NCBI RefSeq assembly: GCF_006345805.1
Contig: NC_043004.1
Coordinates: 35,030,001 to 35,094,000 of the forward strand
Reading direction: 5' to 3'
DNA: 64,000 bases
DNA from: Octopus sinensis
Taxonomy: Eukaryota
In this document: positions 51,729 to 64,000 of the stretch, in pieces
How the letters are laid out: each line of letters begins with the position of its first letter
Numbering within the stretch: position 1 is the first letter of the stretch
Notes under the pieces: model-generated
The model's input: only the letters and a program-made list of their open reading frames with translations
Database searches by the model: none
Told to the model about the DNA's origin: nothing
Program-made: the position numbers and the translations under genes

Positions 51729-52272
51729 TTAACGTCCACTTTCCATGCTAGCATGAGTTGGACGATTTGACTGAGATCTGGCGAACCAGATGGCTGCACC
51801 TGACTCCAATCTGATCTGGTAGAGTTTCTACAGCTGGATGCTCTTCCTAATACCAACCACTCCAAGAGTGTAGTGGGTGCTTTTACATGCCACCAGCATG
51901 AGGGCCAGTCAGGCGGTACTGGCAACAGCCACGCTCAAATGGTGTTTTTTACATGCCACCTGCACAGGAGCCAGTCCAGCGGAACTGGCAATGACCTTGC
52001 TCAAATGTTTTTTTCACATTCCACTGGCCCAAGTGCCAGTAAGGCGATGCTGGTAATGATCACACTCAAATGGTACATTTTACGTGCCACCAGCATGGAA
52101 GCCAATTAGCTGTTCTGGCAACGATCATGCTGGTGCTCTTAGCGCTCCACTAGCACGGATGCCAGTCATCGAATTTGATTTTGATTTCACTTGCCTCAAC
52201 AGGTCTTCACAAGTAGAGTTTAGTGTCCAATGAAGGAAAAGGTACACATAAGTGGGCTGGTAACACCCCTGG
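51687..52272 (-). mobile_element. RTE LINE 3'UTR, near complete, with 5 internal repeat units
   Basis: Runs from the (GAT)n tail to CTTGCCTCAACAGGTCTTCACAAGT..GAAGGAAAAGG, as at 41290-41350. Confidence 0.85.
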
Positions 52273-55200
52273 CATGATGGTATAAACAATTGGTGTCTCA
52301 CTGCTGTGAAGATGCTTTGCAGATGCTACAGAATCTGATTGTGAGAGTGATAAAACTATTTGTGTCTTGTCCTTTCTAAAGATTCAAATGACAAAACCTA
52401 ATTTTGATTTCAAATGTAAACTTTGTCTTCAATATCCATTTAGGTTTTTTAATTAGATCAGTAGCTTGATGTAGACATCAAATATGGCTTTAACATAAAC
52501 GTCTTCATCACTCACTTGCCCTGTTTCTTTACTGACTGTGGTCACTGGTTTAGCAACAGACATAGTTCACACCAACACTAGCCATGAGAATCAAGTCACT
52601 CGATTAAATTGAATCTCTCGTTATCTTTGTCAGCTGACGCTTAAGTTATAATTGACAGAACTTTAATCTAAATCTATCCTGATATTAATATTTATCACAT
52701 TCTATTGCAATTTGTGTCACGAGTGTATAAGTATCCTCTTTGCTGAAAAGCAATATAGTCCTACCATTCTCAAGTTGCATTATGAGCTACATTAATTAGA
52801 ATTCAAATATTTTTCTGAAGGTTGTATTTTTAAATACTGTATATACATTTCCACTTTGTCAGTATGCCGCCCTGAAGAAGTGGTTGACCTGCCACCCATC
52901 AAGCATTTCTTTCAGCAACTTCAAGCGAAATACAGTACCATTATCCAGAAGCAGCTCATCCATGGGGCTTCATTCCAGGAATATCTCATTTAGTACTCTC
53001 ATGATTTCCTCTGTGGTCCCACTCTTCATCTCCCTCCATATAGCCAACCGCCCTGGTCCACAGTCAACCATTGAGAAGTATGTCTCCTGCCGGTAGTATG
53101 TTATGTCCACTGCCAGTCATTTCCAGTCGTGGTCCACTGGAATACTTCCTGCCTCATGTACACTCGGAGCAGGGTCAATGGACTGGCACCTGTCACAGCT
53201 GCTAACCACTCTCTGCACGCTCCATCTTGTTACATAAGAGCTGACTTTCCTGGCTAGGAACAATGTCCTGTCCACCCCCATGTAATGCATGGTATGCAAT
53301 CTCCTCAACTCCAAGTCACTCAGACAGCATACTGCAGCCACAGCCTGCTCCACATCCTCTGGCACCTGCAACCAGGCTCGCTTTACCCTCATCAGGATGT
53401 CTGCCCTGCTCTTCTCAGAAGGCACAAAGATCACGCTCAGCTGTTAGTTCATGCAATATCGCCAATTGACATTTTACCAATGTCTTTGCGGCTCATTTGG
53501 TTCACACCCTCCACTCATTGGTGATGACTGCTGTCACCCAACCAAGTACAGTGGCCGAATCAGTCCTAATTTCTATGGTGCGCAGCCCCCACTTCAAGGC
53601 TAGGTTCACTCCCTTCAACATGGCATCCAACTCCGCCACATTGATATGGTTGCAGTCATCCATCTTCCTGAGCCAGGCTTCATCTTCCACCATGACGCCT
53701 CCCGCTTCCAAGACAACCCCTATTGTGATGCTACTGGCATCACACCATACGATACCGCTCTTTGATTTGAGAACATACCAACTGCCCTTCACTGGATCCT
53801 CTGCTCTCACTCGGACCCAGACTTCCTGTATCATGTTGGTCATCTTCTCCCCCACTCTATCGTTCCACTTTGCTCCTTCAGCTCATCTCTTGATGAAGCT
53901 ACATGCTGTCTGGAGCCATCCTGCAATTGGGTAGTGTCCCACCAGCTTCCCACACACCAAGAACAGTTCCTGTCTACTCATGCTGGTGCCCAATTCGGGG
54001 ATCTTGTTCCCTTGCTGGAACACCTACATGCCAGCCTTGTCTCTCCATAGCTTGAAGCCCAGTGCAGCACCTCCCTCCATCACCTCTGGTGGCTTGGCAA
54101 TCAGTCCAAAACTCTTCAGGTGGCCTATGACCTCCGTTGCTGGCATTATGGTTTCATCCACCAGGTTTTCATCAATATACAAATTGGTGGCCCTTTTTAC
54201 TGTCCACCTTTCCCAGGATGGCCTTCAGAATTGTTGCCATAATCTTTGGTGCTGAATTTAGCCCAAACCCCAGCCTGGTCAGACAGTATGTCCGGCCCTT
54301 ATACCTAACAAGCTGATGCTTTCACAGTCTCTCAGCCACATGCACCTGCAGGTATGCCGACTTCAAATTGACGATCATGGAGGCCCCTGTCATCTGCCTC
54401 CACTCTCGCAAGGTTTCCCCACAGACATCTGTGGCCTCGCTACCCGTATGACTTGATACGTGGTCATTCAGCTCTTGGAAGTCAAGCACAGGCCTGACCT
54501 CATGCTTTGTGGGCTGTACCACCGCCATCAGCAGCAGGATTCCACTCTCTACTACTTCTTCCCAAGGGATCAATATGCCCTCCTTAATCCACCGCTCCAC
54601 CTCCCCCTCAAACATCACTTCTGGCATACTCTGAAAGAGTATGCTGATAGCAGCCCACTTTATTTTTTAACGTTGGGGGCTCTCCCTTCCAGTGCCACTC
54701 CACTGTCCACCTCTGGCCATCGAAGGCAGCATGAAAGTCCTGGTCTTCCATGGAGTGTGCAGCATACTTTTCTTTGTGGTTCTCACCAATGCACGGTCTC
54801 GCCATACAAGGTTTCCCCGCAAACCAGAACGTTACATCGGCCTTGTTGACAGTGACACCTCCTAAACGGTTGATTGCATCCATCCCCATCACCACGTCAA
54901 TCTCGTCCACCAAGTGGCCAACTACAATTGCTTGTAGTGTCCCTGCACCACAATCTGCGCATCTGTAACACCTTCACAGTCTACCTCTCTTCCGTCAACT
55001 ACCCTTATACTGCTTTCTCCACTCCACATCTCTACCACTTCTGGAGTCTTCAGTGTCATCGTACAGCCCATGTGCACAAGGGCTCACGACATCTTCTCCT
55101 CCACCAGAATGTCAACTACAGTTAATGATAAACATGTCTCTATTGATCTGAAAGGATAACTATTGGCGCAGTAGTCTCCCTTAGACCATTTCCCCGCAGA

Positions 55201-55894
55201 CATTCACTGGCTGTATGTCCTGTTTCTCGACACCAGTAGCAAATGACCTCAGGCTTGGGTGACTTGCAGTCTCGCATCATGTGTGTGCCCTGACACCGGA
55301 AACACTGTCCTTTGAATGGTCGCACATGTTCCTTGTTTGACCCCTCTCTGCTACTGCTTGCTCAGCCACTTTTTGTTGTTGCAATCGCTGCTACCAGCAG
55401 TGTCCTGCAACACGAAACTAGCACATGAGCCCGAGATATAATATCTGTCCTCGCCATAGAGTAAATGTTCAGCAGCTTCTGCAAATCAACCAACATGTGG
55501 TCAGGAAAGCCAATCATAAATGCTAACTTAACCGTTCGGTCCAGTGATTCGCCTTCATATCCTGCCAGTTTAGCCAATCTGAGTTTGTTTGCCTGTCTAC
55601 TTTGCTTTCCCTAGGCGAGCATACGCTTCCAACATTCCTTCTCCAAAGGCCTCTATCAAACGGATTTCTATTTCCATGCTAAGTTGGTCCCTTTCTTCCA
55701 TTTCTAGGTATAGCACCAATGCCAAACCATCTAGGTACAGTGGTATAAAACTTGCTAAGTTGTTTATACTATGGAGTTTCGCAACCAGCTTCATTTTCTT
55801 CAACCAGGTGGCTACATCCATGTCACTACAAAATGGATAGACCATATCGTTCAAAATATGGACTACACTCATAATTGTTTTGTTTTGTTTTCTT

Positions 55895-55907
55895 GGTTAT
55901 GGGCCCA
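55895..55907 (+). promoter_or_regulatory. Copia-type primer-binding site GGTTATGGGCCCA, on the strand opposite to gag-pol
   Basis: 13-nt complement of the initiator tRNA-Met anticodon arm (TGGGCCCATAACC), located between the LTR and the gag ATG. Confidence 0.75.
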
Positions 55908-55914
55908 AATAGCT

Positions 55915-56068
55915 TGTAGTGTGATGGAGGAAAAAGACAACAGGAAAAGGAGCAAAAGGGAGAAAGAAAAACAGAGACCTTACCTGTTGACCTAAGCGGG
56001 ATGAGCGATCACTGTCAAGAAAAGAACACGTCTTTGCACGCTCCTGTCTCTCATAGAACTGCCCCACA
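55915..56068 (-). repeat. Putative 5' LTR (~154 bp, TG...CA)
   Basis: TG/CA termini next to the PBS-like sequence and the gag start. No second LTR is available to confirm the boundaries. Confidence 0.55.
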
Positions 56069-56199
56069 TGCTTTTTGCCCACGTATGTCCCCATGGCTCT
56101 TCCGCCAGTCCCTGCAGTTTTCACTTCAATTTATCTCATCTGCAATCCTCTCCACCAACGCCACATAGCTCATCACAGCCCACAACACCACAATATACA

Positions 56200-56362
56200 T
56201 ACACACATACAGCAAGCTTCTTTCAGTTTCCATTTACCAAGTCCACTTACAAGGCTTTGGTTGGCCCATAGCTATAGCAAAAGACAATATTTGAAGGTGC
56301 CACCAAGTGAAAGTGAAACCAAAATCGTGAGGATGGGAAGTAAACTTCTTACCACAAAGCCA
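56200..56362 (-). mobile_element. CORE-like SINE head, degenerate
   Basis: Diverged reverse complement of 7078-7230. Confidence 0.65.
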
Positions 56363-58029
56363 CACTTTAATAATAATTAGAAGATTGTTTTCTTCCAACT
56401 ATAGTTGAACAGAGTTAAGTTGGGAATGTTGCTGAGTTGATTGTGTATTGTTTACAAACTATCAAACCAAGAGAATGTGGAATAGAGTGTCTTGCTAGGA
56501 AATACAAGGAACACTTGAAGAGTGTTTGAACATTGAAACTTTGAGCAGTTCACTAAAATATCCACTTGAAAAAAATGTTGCTACTGAGAAATATATATTT
56601 ACAGAACAAAACACCATATTTATCTAATTTTCCCATAGATATTATTCAGGTAGCTAAAACCGAAATCATCCAGACATCTTCTCAAAATCAAAGAGTTACT
56701 TCAATAGAATTGCCTGCAGAAACATTAATGTTAAGATAAACAAATTGAAGGGAGATAGAAATAACACCCGAAATCTAGAAAAATCTCCCACACAATCATA
56801 TACACTTTAATCATTGAATCTTACCTCAGACAACATCACAGGAAGATATTTTTGTCATTCACATAATACATTCTGCTATAAACAACACATTCAGATGACA
56901 TAGTTTCTATGTAAACTTTCTATGCATAAATAAAAACTCCCATCTAGACATAAACACATCAACTTCAAGAAGCACACTGCAATATTTCACATGGTTTATG
57001 CTCAGTAAAACTAGCTGCTAAAACCATTTTAGTCTGTTTCGGTGAGTCTGTCTGGTGGAGAGGTAGGAACTAGAAGAACAACGACAGCAATAATAACAAC
57101 ACCATTAATGAAATAACTCACTAACAAACATCTTTGAATCTCTCTACTACACATGTATAAAGGAGATAAATACAAACACAATCACAAAGTATGGAAACCT
57201 AATTGGGACCAATTTAACAAAAGATAAAAAAAAAAATCTGAATTTATTTACTTCAACATGTCTCAAATGACTAAAGTGGAAAATACTTTTGATAAATTTT
57301 AGTATAAATGTATCTAAGGATATATATTAAAAAGAAAAAGTGACATAAAAACTATAGCGTTCATTACATAAGTGAAATAGTTAAGCTAATGATAACCTCT
57401 GACAGCATTGATATATTTCAATATTGCAACCACAAAGAATAAAGCGGAATAGCAATACATTATGAAAGAATCAAATGAATGAACTTATTATGGGAGAAAG
57501 CAAGGCTGTGGAATTAAGAATGCTGCTTCGTAATCATGTGGTTCTGAGTTCAATATAACTGTGTGGTACCTAAGGTGTCTTATACAATAGTCTTAGGTTG
57601 ACAAATACTTTGTGGGTAGAATTTAGTAGATGAAAATGGTACAGAAGCCTGTTGTGTGTATGTATGCATACATGAGCTTGCAATGGAGGCACATATGTGT
57701 ATACTCACACACCCTATTTTTACTGGCAGTTCTTATTACTGATGCTCTACATCTTAGTGTACCTATCCTTGTAGATACTTTAACTGTAATCTTTCTAATT
57801 ATGGGAGGAGCTCCTGGGCTTCATTCCCCACGTACACATTTTCTTATTGGCAATGCTTTTCAGCATATATATATATATATATAATTAGTGAATGGAAGAA
57901 ATGGAGCTGAACGAAGATTCTACAGAATTCCTTTTATTACATTCTACACATGTTTCAAAGGCCACAAATTTCCAAATTCTGATTGAATAAGGATACCATA
58001 TTGCAGCTTTCCTAAAATTTTCGTTCTAG

Positions 58030-58180
58030 GAAATTAAAAATAAAAAATAAGTGGAAATTTTACCGGTGAGTGTGTTACATTATAAGGCACAAAAAGAAAA
58101 TGACTCTCCCCAGACACAACAGTATATGCTTCAACACACAAACTCATGTAAAGAATCTTGCAATCCAAATCCAAAAACGA
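58030..58180 (+). repeat. Copy of the unclassified repeat at 30491-30700
   Basis: Near-identical sequence. Confidence 0.85.
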
Positions 58181-58204
58181 TATATATATATATATATATA
58201 TATG

Positions 58205-58525
58205 AGCCAATTTCAGTACTGCCTTATTGGCACCTGTGCAGTGGTATGTTAAAAGCACCATTCGAATGTGATTGTTGCCAGTGCCGCTTAACTGTCTACT
58301 GTGCCGGTGGCACATAAAAAGCACCATTTGAGCATGGTCAATGCCAGTACTACCTGACTGGCCCTCATGCCAGTGGCATGTAAAAAGCACCCACTACACT
58401 CTCAGAGTAGTTGGCATTAGGAAGGGCATCCAACTGGAGAAACTTTGCCAGATCAGATTGGAGTCTGGTACAGCCTTCTGGATCACCAGCCCTCAATCAA
58501 ACCATCCAACCCATGCCAGCATGGA
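58205..58525 (+). mobile_element. RTE LINE 3'UTR fragment
   Basis: Internal repeats, GGCATTAGGAAGGGCATCC, ending TTAAACGATGAT. Confidence 0.8.
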
Positions 58526-58542
58526 AAGCAGAAGTTAAACGA

Positions 58543-58589
<47 letters not shown>

Positions 58590-59186
58590 CACACAATAAA
58601 TGTAAATGTTTCCCCAATAAATTGCACTTCATGTTTGAGTCTCAGATGAAACTATAAGGTTTCACTCAAGCAATCAACTATGAATCCACTGCATCTAATT
58701 ACAGAAACAGCTGTAAGCTAATGAAGTTCATATAATAATTGTTGATTCCTTTGTCATCTCATTACTTATTACTGCTCTATACTCGCCTAACACTGTGTTC
58801 TGAAGCATACATATATTGAGTTCTACACCAAAGTTATTAGTCTTGCAAAGCCTGGTGGTGAAGGTGATGTTGAGTTTTCAATGTATACGTGTACAAGTAT
58901 AAAACTGATCAGAAAAGTAGCTGAGCAATTTGATAGATATAGATCAATAAAATATACAAAAAACTGAAAAATGTCATGAAAGTCGTGCCCCAGTCTGGAC
59001 ACATTCCAGTGTTGAAACCCCAAAAATAATAAAAGACTGAAAGAATAGCAAGACACCAAAGCCTTTGCTATCAACCTTAAAATATAAAGCTGATTGAAGA
59101 ACTTACACAAACTAATTAATTATTGTTGCTCCTCAGACTATAGAAATAACAGGAAATACTATTCCCTGTGTCCCAAAGAAACTTAC

Positions 59187-59213
59187 CAAATAATTCTGTA
59201 AAGTTAGCAGGAA
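59187..59213 (-). other. Candidate 27-nt frame-preserving microexon of an unidentified host gene
   Basis: Acceptor TTTTGTTCTCTTTTCGTAG, exon TTCCTGCTAACTTTACAGAATTATTTG, donor GTAAGT. Phase 1-1 reading xPANFTELFx. No expression or homology support. Confidence 0.25.
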
Positions 59214-60679
59214 CTACGAAAAGAGAACAAAATCTTGGGTTGATATATAACTATGTAGCTTTAATCTCTCCCTCAATGTGGCATCCTTCATCATCATTGT
59301 TCGACTGTGGTTGAGACAATGGAATTTACTATATTACACCAGACCTCATGGTCCATCATAGCATTACGGAGGTCCTGTTGCTTGATGCCTGTATCCCTGG
59401 AGATTACATCAGGGTAGGAGAGTGTGTGCCCTCTGGTATCATGAGCAGATGGCTTCCAGAGGAGAAGGGTAGAAATTACCTCATTTTCAGCTCTACAACA
59501 ATGTCCAGCGAACTGGGGATTCAGTTGTTCCCTCAGCAGACCTAAATGTTTTGGTCAATTAAATCTTGGGAGGCAGATCTGCAGTTTCCATCAATCTAAT
59601 TTCACTCAATACATGTCTGGTATTTAGTAGCTACTGTTGGAATTGTTTGAAGGAGGGACACACTAAAACTGCTGGACTTTAAGAACTTTTACATTTGTTT
59701 TGGTTGCTGTAACGCTATGAACGGCAGGAAACTGTTAGCTCATTCAGGTGTATGACATCTAGAGATTGGTTAAACCTCTGAGGGACATACTACAGATGGT
59801 GAACTTTCATAATTTATTTACCTTTGTTGTAACGTAGTACTACAATCCATAGCATGTTCAGGAAGGTGTATGTTATCTGGAGATTAGTTGTACTGCTGAA
59901 GAGAAATGTGAGGAAGAGGGGGTACAGGAGGAAACTACTGCCAAATGCAGAGGTAGAATTTTGGTCGATGAATTAAGTACCAATCGAGTACTGGGGTCAA
60001 TGAAATTGATAAGCCCCTCCACCAAAATTTCAGGCTTTGTGCCTATAATAAGAAGGATTATTGTTGTTGTTTTTAGACACTTACCTTTTTGGCCAAGCCC
60101 TTACTGACTTTTCCAAGTCCCACTTGGAAAGGGAAGCGAAGGTAGAGAAGGAAGTGTCTTCCTCCAGTGAATTTGTCGAGAGGTGGGTGACTGGCATTAA
60201 AATAGTTACAAGGAATGAAGCTTCTCTAAGAATGCACCCATAAATGGGTTTCCTTGATTGAGCTTTCTTGGAGGCTCACCTGTATCAGGAGGACTGCATA
60301 ATCCAAGATGCCACAGATTTTGAACACTGAGTATACCTTTTGTCCCATCTCTCGCCTCCTCTCCTTCATTTTCCCTCAACTTTTACATAAATCCCTACAC
60401 AAATTCTAAACTATCTTCGTAATGTCCCTTTCGCTGATGCCCCTGTGGCAAGCAAAAGAAAACATTATTATTGTTGCTGTTCCCCATGTTATCACTATTG
60501 GAATGCATTCATTACTCCACCAAGCACAGTTCTGAGAGCCTAGGGTATAGTGCAATGTTTGCTTTCCATTTATTATCCAATGCTATCTTAACAATACTCT
60601 ACATAATGCACGTATATACGCTGGCTTGTGGCTATTTTCTGTATGACATGCACATTATTATGCATCAGTCTGCAAGATT

Positions 60680-60870
60680 TTAATCATCCCCAAGATGGCT
60701 ATTATTACAGGAATTGTTTCTGTTTTCAGTCTCCATATTCTGATTATCTTTATATTTGGATAATTCCTCCATTTCTTGGAATGATTCATTATCATCTGTT
60801 GGGACCAACAGGTTGATTAGGAAGTATTTCCTCCCTTGGCGATCCTTGTCAATAACATCACTCAATTAGC
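60680..60870 (-). mobile_element. R4/Dong-like endonuclease fragment
   Basis: SDVIDKD..FLINLLVPTDDNESFQEMEELSKYKD resembles PDIV..LIDIS.PTD.N...KLSKYKDL. Confidence 0.65.
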
Positions 60871-63800
60871 TTTGATCTCCCTGTCTGCATGTATTGTTGT
60901 TGTTGTTGTTCTTGTTTTTATTATTATTATTTTTACCACCACCACCACCACTACTACTAGATGTCCACCCATGCTATCAAAAATGACAATTGCTGTGATA
61001 ATTATAGAGACCAGTATATCAAAATGATGGATGAAACATTAATGTCTCATTTGGAAATGTCACACTATCTACTTAATAGTAAAATATTACATCTTGAATT
61101 TAGTCAAAAGGCTGAGAGCAAACATCACATTAAATGCAACAGTGCATGCTGTCTGCACAAAAAAATGAGAGTCACAATGGAAGTGTGAATTTTAATGAAA
61201 ACCAGGTAAAAAAAAAGTAGAAAGAGATGAGGCAACACCCACAAAATCAACATTACATCATCTATTAGCATTGAGGAAAAAAAATGAAAGCTCAATAAAA
61301 AGGAAAGGAAATGAGAACGATATAAAACAAAAGGAATTTCTCCTTCTTTGTTGAGTTTATTCAAGAAAGGACTAGAAGATGGCTTTTTTTCTGAAAACAG
61401 AGGCAGCTTCCATATTATATCATAAGAAGTGTCGGAGGAAGCGCCGACTGATGTGGCTTCATCAACCAGAGTACAGAGTACAATAATGTGTTCCTGATTT
61501 TCAAAACTGAGGATGTGACCAAGCGATACATGGAATCGATGTGTCATACCCCTGCTCACTAGCCCCTGCCCTGCTACATGACACTTAAAACCACCAGAGT
61601 TATAGCTGAAGATATTGGTGCAGCTTTTGACTCTTGTCTTGTTGACATATTGTGCAAGTTATGGCATGTAGGAGACATGGAAGTGACCCACAAGGCTATG
61701 TGGTCAGGAGGGGGCAGTGGCCTATATGAATATTTAACCCTGAAATCCATTTCAGAAATGTACACTAATTTAGTGGGGCAGAGCAGAAAGACCAGTTTCT
61801 CTGCACGTTGGAGTAAGGTTGAGTTGAGGGCTCAAGGGTTTGAAGAGAAAAAACAAAAGAAAGCTTGCATCATGGAGAGTAAAAATAACAACAGGCATCT
61901 GCAGAGAAGAATTCGGTTGCTGCTGTTTCCAAAGAACGAGTCATCATTGCAGGAATGGGAATAAGAGAAACTATTTTTTCCTCAATGCTACCAGTAGCTT
62001 TTGAGAGTGAAGAAATTGGAAGGTCTTTTTTTCCAGAACTGAACCAGCCAGAGACTACAACATGCAACACCACCTGAGGCTGGAATCTCAAAGAACAGTA
62101 CTGGAGAGTTGATAGACTTCAACAACGATTTTAAAAAGTAAATAGAAGCATCTCCCTTGGCTTCCTTTTGACAGCCATGTAATGCCTGAATGCCACGAGA
62201 GATGTTCAAAGTTTCATTGTCCTAAGTTCAGCGCCCTCAGAACAGTCGGGACTTGAGTATGTTACCCCGATTATATTTACTTCTGTGATAGTAAATAATT
62301 TGTGGTCTTAAACACCTAAGTTTTCAAAGACAGGTGTTACCTGTGCATTACACAATGCACCATAAATATACACCAGGTACAACTTTCTTAAAAAACTGAT
62401 AAAGATATGTTGAAGGTCAGTCATTGACGACACACAAGCCATAATGTGTATTTGGCATACTCAAAAGAATATTGTAACTCTATGTTGTAATAACAATAAA
62501 ACAAATTTAGTGTTTATTGAAGTAGTTTTGAATTTTGTAAATATTAAAAAGACTAAAGAGAATCAACAAATTTAATGAAATTTTTTCATGGTAATGAGTT
62601 CATAAAAATAACAACGTAACCTTAATTTTCTTTTGTTAAGAATGTTTCACTGAAGTACTCAATACCCCCAAACTCCCCACATACATAATTTGTAATTAGA
62701 TTTATCATGGCTATTGTTTATGTAATTTTTTTTTAATTGAACTTGATTTAATTCAAACACACTGTTGGTAGTTTATAGAAAGATTTTGTTGAGAAATGAT
62801 CCACGAGATCATTAGTTTTCAAGCAAGCATTACTAATTCAATTGGAAACTGAGCGTAAATTATTCATTATTAGTTACAAAGGCTTCTGATTCAATAATAT
62901 TGTATACAAGATTGATAAACAAAGTTTAGGTATTGAGCTGGAAATACATAGCTTTAAAATCTCATAAATTCTTGCAAAGATAAGAAGCTATACCAGTAAA
63001 TCACACCTTTGTAAAAGCTATAAACTGAGTGAAAAATAAAAGGCTTCTTTATCATTAAGAGTTCTTTCTTGAAATGGATGATGTTTTTCTTTTTCCAAAT
63101 ACAAAAAAGCATCTTGTTCTACATTTAATTTCAGCATAAAAAAAACCAGTTAAATCATAGCAGTTAAATGTAGCTTCCACCTTAATAATGGAATACTTAA
63201 GTTCCAAAAAATAAAATTTATGTATGGAGCTAGAAAAAAAATTAGCCATAAATTTTTATAAATTCCCACAAATTTAGCAAATTACATTCTAAATGAAGCC
63301 TTCATAATAGATGCAAATTGAATAAAAATGGAACACCCCTAGTCATTTGAAGTTCCTTTTAAAAACATGCACAAGATCTTTCATAATTTAATCTTTAAGT
63401 GGATTGTTGTTGTTTCTTAATGTTTTTGTACAAAAATGTATTTCAGATCATAAATTTTAGCATAGCCTCCTCCCCGCACATCAAATCATACCTGTTGAAA
63501 GGCACCAGAAATAAATGGAGAAAATGAGCCTACATTTTATAGCTGATTTGTATCGAAAAGCCAAGAAAAATATGAAGCAGCAATTTTCTTGACAATCAGT
63601 GTACAGAAAAATTATTTATCTGATTCCAGTTGTATTTTTAATTCTATAGAGGCAATGCAGGAGAAGATCAGAATAGAGTTTATTCTGATATAATTACTTT
63701 CTAATTAAGCTTAATTGTAGTAAGTGTATGTACTTATGTAATTACATGTTGAGTTTAATTATTAACTAAAAACAATAAAAACTTGTGTAGGGTGACTGTT

Positions 63801-64000
63801 GACATAAAACGTTTATCAACAATTGTAGTCTAGTTATTGTTATTAAAAGCAACGTAACACTTTATGTTATGTACAATATCCAATATTTAACTCTTTCAAA
63901 AATTAATAAAATGACCTTTTACCATGTGGCTAGATGGAATATTTACTATTTGTATTGTGGTGCTCAGGATTTTAAGCTTTAACAGCAGCAGTTGGCAAAT

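Larger units (their letters stand above)
52860..56068 (-). mobile_element. Degenerate LTR retrotransposon with gag-PR-RT-RNaseH-INT (Ty3/Gypsy-like) order; 5' LTR present, 3' end missing
   Basis: Putative LTR TGTGGGGC..CACTACA (56068-55915). gag DVATWLKKMKLV..IPLYLDG; zinc knuckles CFRCQGTHMMRDC and CYWCRETGHTASEC; protease site decayed to ALVHMGC; RT VRPVLDFQELN, LKSAYLQ, YIDENLVD; RNase H WCDASSITIG..HINVAELDA..RTDSATV; integrase HYMGVDRT..CDRCQ..LLLDNG. Many stops and frameshifts. Confidence 0.92.

Noticed and set aside
51875-52160. Repeat-spacer pattern resembling a CRISPR array
   Set aside because: The spacers are homologous to each other, the array recurs in dispersed copies, it is continuous with an RTE LINE 3'UTR, and there are no cas genes in this eukaryotic DNA.
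57033-57041. 9-nt plus-strand microexon candidate with upstream TGC
   Set aside because: Poor pyrimidine tract, and the pattern is expected by chance.

Overview
AT-rich, microsatellite-dense eukaryotic DNA. The repeat content looks like a coleoid cephalopod (octopus) intron or intergenic region; this is inferred, not verified. I could not recognise any host protein-coding gene, and most listed ORFs are translations of simple repeats. The window is dominated by transposon debris: (1) about 12 5'-truncated copies of an RTE-clade LINE, mostly 3'UTR only, with one copy (40803-41868) still joined to the ORF2 C-terminus; (2) several R4/Dong-like LINE fragments, one directly after a long (AAT)n tract; (3) at least four tRNA-headed SINE families; (4) a degenerate LTR retrotransposon with gag-PR-RT-RNaseH-INT order (52860-56068, minus strand); (5) DD37D (maT) Tc1/mariner remnants, a Chapaev-like transposase fragment, piggyBac-type and fold-back MITEs, and Helentron-like pieces. 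The most interesting signals are three minimal type-I hammerhead ribozyme folds in three different repeats (one inside a tRNA-headed SINE), an array of double hairpins in the RTE 3'UTR, a 20-bp inversion of the LTR element's primer-binding site, and a perfect 75-bp palindrome. Element boundaries were read by eye and are approximate unless a TSD or TIR is given.
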